A stretch of DNA of 64,000 nt from positions 1-64,000 of the forward strand of contig JAUCBJ010008380.1 of the NCBI GenBank assembly GCA_032718475.1. The letters run 5' to 3'. Positions 50,095-61,000 of the stretch are shown here, one piece after another. The notes beneath the pieces were generated by a model. It saw nothing but the letters and a program-made list of their open reading frames with translations, was not told where the DNA came from and ran no database searches. Each line of letters starts with the position of its first letter. Position 1 is the first letter of the stretch. The translations under genes and the position numbers were made by a program. The stretch is from Nemertoderma westbladi (lineage: Eukaryota > Animalia > Xenacoelomorpha).

Positions 50095-50975
50095 AACCAG
50101 ACACTAAGCATTATAGGTGATGGATTGGTTCCCCCAAGTTTGGCACTTAAACAGAGCCGCATCCGCTTCACAGGACATTGCTTTCCTTGTGAAGACCATC
50201 GCAGGACAATCTTGTGCTTTGGGGGCCTCATGGAGAAAATAAGTGCGGTGGACAGCCCCTGACTTTTTTAAGAAACCTCTTAGAGAACTGTCTTTGAAAT
50301 ATATACTTTATCGATGAACCGTCATAGCATTCTTAATGCAAGCCCCAATGCAGATACCGATTATAGATAGCCTGCTGCGGCCTGCTGTATTGTAGCTGCA
50401 CATAAATATAGTGTCTGGTTGGAGATGTGTGCATTGAACTTGACACAGTGAACCCGGCGTAGCATTCTTGTGAATGTGCCATCCAGAGATTTGTGTTGCC
50501 CTCAGCAGTTAGAGCCCAGCATGGACTCCCATAGAGGAGTACTGGAACTACTGCTGCTCTAAATAATCGGTAGAACATAGTCAACAACAATTATGAACGA
50601 ACAAGAATGGTGCAAGTTTGTCTCATTGGAGGACACCCCATAACACTTCAAATGGTTCTGTGTCACCGTCAACAGTAGACACAAATGTTGTCAAACCATC
50701 GTATACTGATCTGATTGCTGCAATAATTTCATCAGGAATCCCATATAATGAAAGTATGCTGAACATACGTGAGCGAGAGACTGAATCAAAGGCCTTGAAG
50801 AAGTCAACAAAGATAACAGCCAGATGCCTGTCTTTCTTTTTTGATAACTCTTCAATTATCCTTCTAAGTGCCAAAATGGGCTCCATGGTCCCACGACCTT
50901 TACGGAACCCATTCTGATTTCCACGGAGCAGTCTCTCAATGGGATCCCTGATGCGATTTAATAGAATTCTATTGA
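50095..50975. mobile_element. Rearranged RTE family A fragments
   Basis: 50095-50280 (+) resembles 55160-55350; 50410-50570 (-) resembles 55015-55175; 50575-50972 (-) resembles 54180-54570. Confidence 0.88.
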
Positions 50976-52727
50976 GATTCCCCGAAAAGATAGTACTGTC
51001 TAGGTATAGGGGTGTAAAAAAATCTGACACCGTATGTATTCAAAATAATGCATATTTCCTTTGCCTGTCTGCTGTCCGAGCCCATGTAAAGTAGGCTATT
51101 CTAGGTTTTCACTAAAAATCCGCAGGTTGCAGACTTCCAGAATCATAACAAAACAATAAACGAATTATTATCTGTACAGGTTACAGGATAGCAATAAGCG
51201 CTATGAATTACCGTATTTCTTCGAATAAACGCTCCCTTCTATATCATATTAATACCCCCAATAAGTCTATAAAAATATATTGTGAGGATTACTTTCAATT
51301 TCCCGTTTCTATCCTTAGCAACATGGATTTACATAGCAACAAGGCAACTAATTGGTTGTGTTTTCTCCAAATGTGGTGTAGACAAACTTTACTCGTATAC
51401 ATATATTATTTTATATTACTCGCATATATATACTGTAGAAAGAAAGAGAGAAATACACCGCACCATTAATTAACTTTAATAATAAAATTTATGTAAAAAA
51501 TAATGAGAGGGCGGGGTGGGTGGTAATGCGTTTTTTTGCCATTGGAACAGCAATAGCGAAGCTAGTGTAGCTGGTTCCAATGGCTTTATTATTCTTGAGA
51601 TGGGGAGGTGGTTTGTGGGGGGGTGCAGTCTGTACAAAATTTGGATATAGATAGTAATAATTATAATTCTGGGCTTTTTACTCTAATGACTATCGATTGA
51701 CCGAGTATGGACTTCTAGATATTACCAGTTTAGTTTCCAGAGCAACGGAAATTTGTCTAATCATTTAACAATACAATACAGGGAGCTTATTTACACAATT
51801 TCTACTGTATATTAAACGTGTGGATGTAACCTCGCCCATCGGATTTGTCGTCCTCAAAAAACCATATCCCCAAAAAATTATATTTGTTATACTGTATTAT
51901 AAACTATTGTGGTTATTCAACTAAAACAAATAAATAAATTACACCTAAAATCAATGGAGCAATCACTCTTTTATTGTGAAAAATTCACTAACTGAGAAAT
52001 TCACTAACATTAATGGGAATTATGAAATTTCCTTGCAGTGGAATTGTATATTTTATTACATTAGTTACCTTATATCGTGACATTTTTTAAATATTTAAAA
52101 ATTTGATGTGACTTCTAGTTACCGAGATATGCAATTAATGTGTAACACGCCAGTGTAAATATTACTAATTTCCAATTGAATCACAGCTTCTGTATTGTGA
52201 AATTAATTAAATTATTCTGGAACATCACCAATTTGCTACTTACTCTTCCCTACTGTTCCTTTTGTTTGGCTTTGTGTTATGCAAATTTACCCATAATTTC
52301 ATTTCATAAATAAAACATCTGCATTTGTGAGATGCTAAACTGAAACATAATGGTTTATTGTGTTGGCTTATTTGTAACAGGTCGTTAGTGATATTTATCG
52401 GTGTTATTAATGAGCTGTGATAAACTGCTACTAATATAGTACGTAATTGATCATTGATCAACCCACAGCCGCTGTTAACAACTAAGAACAACATCTCCAA
52501 TAATGGAATATATTTCAATTTGCAACCATAGCAACAATAAACTCTTCTGGAATACAAGCATATGGGTGAAAGTTACAACACTTTTACCACTACGCACTAA
52601 TTACATTTTATAAACAGTTTAATATTTAGAATTACCGGTACCGCACACAGAAACTGATACAGGTACACGGGCTGATTTACCGGTGGTTTATTATTAATAG
52701 GGCCTACTCTGTACACAGTTTATTAAG

Positions 52728-53321
52728 ATGTCGGAAGGGGGGCCAGTCACTCCTGTTGAACCGTCGCCCACCGGTTCAAGGACGTCCGTATTGGCCGAGG
52801 ACCTTACCCCGATAGCCTCTTCCCATCGCAGCGCTATTCCCAGTTCCAATAGACGCGGTAGTGCATCTACGGCTGCGGTGTCGGCTGGGGATGAGCATGG
52901 ACCCGGACCCGGTCTCTATAACCGCGCCCTCCGCTCTAGTAAACGGCGCAGACAACATGCCTTACGAACAGTCTCTATCTTCTCAATGAAAGCCGACAGG
53001 TCAGTCAATTAAACCTTCCATTTTCAAATTTTTTATACTAGCTCTGTAGCTCTAGATTGTGCAATATTTTTGTGTATTCTTATTAGAACAACTGTTTTAG
53101 AACAATATCAATAATTGCAAAAAACACAATAGTGTATTAAAAATAGAATATTACTGTAGCTATAATAAATATGTTTTCAGGAAATCAAACCAATCCCAGT
53201 GGTCCAATCAGAAGAATCGTCGGACATCCTGCGTTCTGACTTCTGATTGGCGGCTTTCTAGACAACATCAGGTCATAATAACCCGAGAACACAATCGGAG
53301 CAGTATTGATGAAAGACATCG
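52728..53321 (+). CDS. Candidate first two exons of an unidentified host gene (52728-52999, 53181-53321)
   Basis: ATG exon ends AG|gtcagt. The next exon, tttcag|G...CG|gtacgt, is 141 nt and stays open in the spliced frame. Confidence 0.55.
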
Positions 53322-53762
53322 GTACGTGTAATCTAATAAGCAGTTCCCATCGGTATTTATTTATGCCTACAGTATAATATAGATTCTAGTATTCGCTGTT
53401 TTTAATCTGACCTCACAGACCCTCTGCAGATTAACTCGGACCACCAGATCCCCACCCCTTACAAATACTACAGGGCGTAGTTGGTTATCATTTTCGTACA
53501 ATGACAAATGAAAAAGTCACATCCACCCGTAAACAAAATAAACATTATTTACGTTAAAATGAAAGATTGACTTTCACTTTTAGGTGTCAAATAAAATAAG
53601 TACTGTATTCAATGCAAATATTCATTGAAAAAAGGTCGGCTTTTATTTTAAAATCGAATATTATTTTTATGTTCTAGAACCTTTAGGAAATAGTTTTTAA
53701 AAAATGGGCTAGAGTTCCGTATGCAGTCGCATTTGATATTTTGAATGCGACTATTTTTGATT

Positions 53763-55498
53763 CATAGAACCAGCCGAGAACCAGCCGATCGCCTCAATGG
53801 TTGGAAAGCCCACTTTGAAAAGCTCCTCAATAATGACAGGGTATTGCCTGATAACTTTATAGAAGTAAAGGTGTCTGAGTCTGTACTCCCAGATATTCCC
53901 ATTGGCGATATCTCCTTTGCAGAAGTGAAGGCTGCTGCAAAGAGCATTAAGACCAATCGTGCCAGTGGAGTAGATGGTGTTCCCCCTGAGGTCTTTAAAA
54001 TACCTGAGTGTTTAAAGCTCATCTATCCCATCATAGTAGACATGTACCGTACAACAAGAGTCCCACAAGAAATGAAAACAAATAAGTTGGTGCCAGTTCC
54101 CAAGAAGGGCAACCTAACACTCTATGGTTCTTTTCGGGGAATCTCATTGATCTCGATTGCTGCAAAGCTATACAATAGGATTCTATTAAATCGCATCAGG
54201 GATCCCATTGAGAGACTGCTCCGTGGAAATCAGAATGGGTTCCGTAAAGGTCGTGGGACCATGGAGCCCATTTTGGCACTTAGAAGGATAATTGAAGAAT
54301 TATCAAAAAAGAAAGACAGGCATCTGGCTGTTATCTTTGTTGACTTCTTCAAGGCCTTTGATTCAGTCTCTCGCTCACGTATGTTCAGCATACTTTCATT
54401 ATATGGGATTCCTGATGAAATTATTGCAGCAATCAGATCAGTATACGATGGTTCGACAACATTTGTGTCTACTGTTGACGGTGACACAGAACCATTTGAA
54501 GTGTTATGGGGCGTCCTCCAAGGAGACACACTTGCACCATTCTTGTTCATTATTGTGGTTGACTATGTTCTACGCATGTCCGTAGATCATCATAATGATG
54601 ATGGGGTGATGATAACTCCACCTACTGGCTCCAGAAGTCGAGGAAATCCTGCCAAGTACCTAACTGATCTAGACTTTGCTGATGACTTAGGAGTACTCTC
54701 AGAATCATTAGAGGGAGCCCAACGGCTCCTCAGCTCATTAGAACATGCTGCTTCTAGTGTTGGTCTTTTTATTAACTCCAGAAAGACCAAAATTCTGACA
54801 GTTAACTTTGAAAGTCCTCAGCAAGTCTCTGATCGGATGAGCATAAGCTCAAAGGATGGTATGCTTGAGCATGTGGACGACTTCTGTTACCTGGGATCAT
54901 GGATCCGGAAGTCAGGTGAGGACCTTCGAATACGTAAGGGAAAGGCATGGGCAGCCTTGAATAGGCTTTCCAGGATTTGGAAGTCACCGAGAATTAATCG
55001 GAAACTTAAGGTCCGATTATTTAGAGCAGCAGTAGTTCCAGTACTCCTCTACGGGAGTCCATGCTGGGCTCTAACTGCTGAGGACACCAAATCTCTGGAT
55101 GGCACATTCACAAGAATGCTACGCCGGGTTCATTGTGTCAAGTACAATGCACACATCTCCAACCAGACACTATATAACATTGGAGGTGTCTCATTGGTTC
55201 CCCCAAGCTTGACACTTGAACAAAATCGCCTCCGCTTTGCAGGACATTGCTTTCGCCGTGAGGACCAGCCAGTGCATAATCTTGTACTTTGGCAGCCTCA
55301 TGGAGTGAATAAGCATGGTGGACAGCCCATGACTTTCTTGAGACGCATCTTAATGGACACTGGCCTTAAAGATGCGGATGATCTAGCAAATGTCATGGGT
55401 GATAGGGAGTTGTGGCGGTGCAATTTTGTTGACAAGCCGGCACAGCATTCTTAAAAATGCAGCTGCAATGCAGCATGCCGATCCTAGTAGTAGTAGTA
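53763..55498 (+). mobile_element. 5'-truncated RTE LINE family A with intact RT frame
   Basis: PKKG.L, RGISL, QNGFR, DFFKAFDS, QGDTLAP, FADD, YLGS, RLRFAGHC; (TAG)n tail; TSD atttttgatt (53753-53762 and 55499-55508). Confidence 0.97.
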
Positions 55499-56011
55499 AT
55501 TTTTGATTAATGAAATGATGTACTTTCTGCATAGTAATATCACCACTGACTTAATTTCAACATTGAAAAAAAAATAGTATGTTCTAGAACATTAGCTAAT
55601 CGTCTAGCTAGTAATTTTTCAAAACATGATTTATTAAATATTAACATTTTTTTTTATTTTATTATACATACCAAACATACAATCAACATTGTTACTACAA
55701 CAGTGAAATTTATCGTCTTTAATTGTCTATTAGACCTACTCTGCCCAGCAAAGGCACGTAACTCCAAAGTATACTGCCAGCATACTACTGTACCAGCATA
55801 CTAAAAGCGCATACAAAAACCCTTTGGGGCTTGATTACCTGGCTTTGGGCGCTTGTTACGTGCCTTTACCTTTTGAGGGCAGTACTGCGGTTTCGGATAT
55901 TCATCCTTTATTGCCGACACAATTACATCGAATGAGTTACTTTTCGCTTTTCAATGTGCGCATGGCAGCCACCACTGCAACCAATGCGCCACATTGAACC
56001 GACAACTCAGA

Positions 56012-56980
56012 TACTAGTGTGTTTTGTGCAAAAAATTTTTCAAATTTTTTATACTAGCTAGTTTTTGTTACTTTTTTTAAAAACATGTTCTAGAACATAT
56101 AATCTATTCATTTAATATAAAAATTTTGTTCTAGAACAAAAAAATTGAAAAAAACAAGCTAATTTGTATATATTTTTCATTTTTTATTGTATGTTATCTT
56201 TGTATAAATTTTTAAAATTAGCTAGTTTTTTTTTCCTTTTTAAAAAAAAATGTTCTAGAGCATATTATCTATTCATTTAATATCGAAATCAACGAAATGG
56301 TAACCAATGGAGGAACCAATGGGACAACTGTAACAGTGGTCAACCAAATCTCGCTGCTAACAACAAACTCGGGGAGACCCCACAGAGCGCTGAAGATACC
56401 GCATAGCCGTAGAGACTGATACCCTGTGCTACATTAATATCACTTTATATACTCTATATATATTTGGGAGTTCGTATATTCATTGCATATCGTATTGATT
56501 ATAATTTAATATAAACTTTTTGTTCTAGAACAAAAAAAAACTAGCTAATTTGTAAATTTTTTATTCTATGTTGTCTTTGTATCACATATTTAATGAAAAT
56601 CACTAGCTACAATGAAAATTTGTAGTTGGTAGTAATTGTTACTAATCAAATAAAAAACACCACAAAATAGGTATAACATTTTTTTTATGTTGTAGAACAA
56701 AAAATATTTGTTCCAGAACATTACTTTTTACAAAATGAATAGACGAAATGCTCTAGAACATTAAAAAAAATAAAATAAACTAGCTTTGATAACTTCAAAA
56801 ATACCTAATTAATTAATTTTGTTCTAGAACAACAATTATTTGTTCTAGAACAAAATTAATAATAAAAAATGAATAGACAATATGTTAGAGAACATTTTTT
56901 TTAAAAAGTAACAAAAACTAGCTAGTATATAAAATTTGAGGGGGAGGTGGGGGTGGGGGGTGTGCACAAAACACACTAGT
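56012..56980. mobile_element. Internal inverted-repeat element nested in the TIR element
   Basis: tactagtgtgttttgtgca / tgcacaaaacacactagta; 56037-56115 is inverted at 56865-56938. Confidence 0.65.
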
Positions 56981-58096
56981 ACCGACAAATCAACCCGGAA
57001 TGCTTCTCCAAGCTCTCACAAACTCGGAAAAACCCTAGAAAACCATAAAAATTGGAAATCCAAAGGAACTAGAATTTGCGCGAAAACATGTCCGAACATC
57101 GCGTTGCAGAAATTGTCGAACCAGTGATCCTGGTACGTGGAGCGGGATAGAGGCCTCTTAGCCGAGTGGTGGAGGGGGAAACATTAGCGACAGCTAATGT
57201 TCTGAAATTACAATAGCTAATATTGTCTTCTAAAACACAATTTTTTTTGAAAATTGTTGTGAGGAAGTCAACGATGGTAATTTAGTTCTAAATTAGTCAT
57301 AATATATGCCCTATATATTTCATAAATTCTTTTTAGAAAATGCGACTGCATACGGAACTGTTCCCAAAAAATGATTTACAGAAATGTACTTTTTCGTTGC
57401 AAAACTATTTATTTCTTTATTTTGATACCTTTTCTAACTAATTGTTCTAGAAACTTGCCATCAACTCTCCAACACTAACCCTATTTCTAACGCAACATTA
57501 ACCCTAACCAAATCCTAATCGACAATAATTGTTTCTTAAATTAAAACAATTACATAGCAAACATGTTCTACTGTAGAAAAGCAAAGAAAAAATGTCAAGA
57601 TCTCTCATGGAAATGTGAGGCGAGCCACAAACGTAGGCGAGCTTAGCATACGGGTATGACCTAGCACTATCTCAGAGTGTCTGTAAAAGGCCTAATCGAG
57701 CAATACCGTAGGTGATTACATCTGTAGGACGGGCAGCATAAGGAGCCAGACTAATAAGACTGAATGGTGATTCTTTAGAAATAGCTAATTTCGTATAGGC
57801 ATTGACATGGTAAATTAATTTAATAATTTTTTCAGTATCAATACTATCGACATAAAGTAAGTTTTAATATTTTTAACAAATTGTGTCGCCTCCACGCCTA
57901 AAATATATTACTTTTGTCATCAATCCTCTGTGCCCCTTTGGGTTGGGGTGCAGATTAAGAGGGGGGTCTTCTTTGATTTATTGGCGGTTTGGGTAGTATC
58001 TCATAAGTAAGCCTCGTGCTGCGCGAAGTCCCCACGAACGTGTTATTCTGCAGAACAACAAAATATTTAATTTACTCTATAAATTTTTAGTATTAT

Positions 58097-61000
58097 TGTG
58101 ACGGGATCCAGGAGTTGGCAGTCTGAACCCCGACCGGTGTGTTGTTTTGGGCTATACGCGTCGCCGCGTCCGTAGGCTGCTGAAAGGCTGATGTCTGAAT
58201 ATTAAGGCCAAAGGCCGTTTGAATAACTGAGTTTTTAGTGGCAGTTGTTCGTAATGTCAGAATGTAATAATAGCACAATCAGAATATAATAGCACGGTAA
58301 TGACGACGGTTAAAAACCGTTCCGGTCTCACAACTCTACAGATACCAACTGAATCAGAATCAATAAATACAACGGTTATATTACTGACACATATTGGTTA
58401 CTCCTACTGTTCTAAGCGGCCTGGCCAATGGATGCGTTCCAATCACCTGTTTTTCCCCTTAGTTAGCGCTTTTAGTAAATTATGTTCTTTCACTCTCAAT
58501 TTTCATATATATTTTGACTATTTTCTGTTACTTAATAAACCATGCAAAAATGAAGGCAAGATGTCCGGTCTGATACAATAAACGGAGTTGCGCTAGTGTA
58601 CCTGTCAACTAGGGCCGCTCACTGTATCTGTTTATTTACCCTTTTTTCCTTCGATGCATTGATTTGCTCTATATTTCACTTAGTTCAATACGGTATTTGA
58701 TTATCTATTGCATTTGACTGAGATACTATACCGGGAGGGTGTGACAACACAGTATAACAAGTAAATGACTGACGAATTAATTATGTAAGGAGTCAAGTCT
58801 GGTGATTGTGTTTCCCTTTAGAGGAAACGTATAGTGACAAGTCTTTGGGTCTAATTATATTGATATCACTACAGTATTCAATTTGTGACAACTCTCAATC
58901 GTGATGTAATTAATAATAAGAGCTTTGCTTATATTAATGGTCTGAAATATCGCCATATATTAATTATTTAGTAAGTCGGAGGTATGACAATATACAGATC
59001 TGATACAACTGTCCAGATTATCACTGATACTTAGTTACAGCAACCCACCTGTTGTGGCGCGTGTAAAACCTCCTTGATTACGTAATATCGGCGATATTAA
59101 GCAAATAATAAAGATAAATTGAATAAACCAGTAGAATATACAATGTAGCGATGAATAATTATAATTCAATTATTAACTCTTTAAGTTAAGACCTTAGGCC
59201 TGTAATAACCACCAGTCAATTAAACTTGACCGGGGATCAAAGCCTCTGCATGGGCAGTGCGACTTCTTCTGTCAAACAATAACAAAAAGAGAGTAAAATC
59301 AATGATAGGACAACCGCACTTATATACTAGCTTTATCAGCAAGGAGCATAGCCAATAAGCATCACGTATTCCATTTGAGGCTTAGTAGGCCTTTACAGTA
59401 GAAATTAGATCGAATATAGGTATAAGAGCACTAGATGGCGTAAGAACCTTTACTAAAGAATAATTTATAAGAAACAAATCAATATGATACCGTAACTGGT
59501 CCTTTATCAATAAATATACAGTATTTTGGGAAAATTGTTAAAATAAGAAATTTTAAAGGCAGGATTTATACCTGCAGCAACACCCCTCCCATCATTGGCT
59601 AACCGAATTAATCTCCATCTCGCCACTCCCTGTTGCCACTGTCCCCACGTGCTAGCCCCGCTAGCCCCTTTGTCCCCTTGAGATGGTTTATGACCTCTCC
59701 ACTTTGTTTCATGGCTGGTAATGTGTATCGCCTAAGTTGGTTATTAGGTGACATTATATTAGTAATGTCACCTTCCCAACTATATATAATTGGTAAAAAG
59801 CCACTTTGCCCATTTTCCGCTGGGTAGTGCAGGGAATTGAATCCGCTTACACCCCCCCCCCCCCCCCCCCCCCCCCCCCAGTAGAAGTTCAGCTTATACA
59901 GTAGAAGTTCAAAACCGCTTTGAAGCACTTCAGTCAATGGATGAAGACCAATCCACCGATTCAATATACCAGAATATAATAACAGCCCACAAGGAATCAG
60001 CAAAGAGGCATATCCCCCAGAAACCTAAACGAAAACAGTATGTGCCATGGCAAAACTCTGAGGTTACTTGTAAGAGAGAAGATCTTAAGATAGCCTACAA
60101 AGTTAAAACCGAACAACCAACAACCGAAAACATTAACAAGGTTGAGAAAGCTAAGGACGATCTTAAATTGGCCTACAACATCAGCCAGGAAAAGTACATA
60201 CAGGATAAAACTGAAGCAATTACAACTGCTCACATACAGCAACAATCAAGACTTACCTGGCAAACTGTAAATGAGGTATCTGGTCGGAAAAGTTGTGCAA
60301 AGGGGCGCCTCAAAGCCGATAGTCCTGAAGAACGTGTTGGGAAGTGGAAAAATCACTTCAGCAACTTGCTTGGGCAGCCACCAAACATCGAGGTCAGCCC
60401 TACAAGGAAAATATATGACAAGACACTACCTATAGAAACAGGGGACTTCACACCTGCCGAACTCCAAAGAAGCATTAAAAGCATGTCCAATAATAAAGCG
60501 AGTGGATTAGATGAAATCCCAGCGGAGGCATGGAAAACCGGAGTGCTAAATAGACCATTATTGAATGTTTGCAACCGGATGTTAAAAGGGGAAAAGCCAC
60601 CACCAATTTGGACTAAAGGTCAACTAAAGCCTCTCCCCAAGAAAGGAGACCTCGGCATACCAACAAACTATCGTGGGATCTGTCTGCTTGTGGTAGCTGC
60701 CAAAATATACAATAAAATGATTCTATATAGGATTAGGCCTCACATAGAGAAACTACTGCGTAAGAGTCAAAACGGATTTCGACCAAGTAGATCAACAATA
60801 GCTCAGATACTTGCACTACGGAGACTGATTGAAGGAATTAAGTCAAAGAATCTCCCCACAGTCATGACTTTTGTGGACTTCAAGAAGGCATTCGACTCCA
60901 TCCATAGAGGTAAAATGCTTGAAATCCTAAGAGCTTATGGAATACCAGAAGTAATTGTTGCTGGCATTGGATTGCTATATTGTGACACAGAAGCGCAGGT

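Larger units (their letters stand above)
53706..57365. mobile_element. Non-autonomous TIR element (MULE/Merlin-like) rich in ttgttctagaacaa palindromes
   Basis: TIR core agttccgtatgcagtcgcattt at 53713 and inverted at 57338-57359; flanking repeat aaaaaat(g). Confidence 0.8.

Noticed and set aside
57338-57352. TIR word tgcgactgcata as the origin of the satellite (tgcgactgtata)
   Set aside because: An 11/12 match is too short, and the flanking bases disagree.
57470-57520. Interstitial telomeric repeat (taaccc)
   Set aside because: Only two or three scattered degenerate hexamers.
58097-58746. Solo LTR ending at tgtgaca 58746
   Set aside because: No TSD; homology with the element 1 LTR and the PPT place the true end at 59851.
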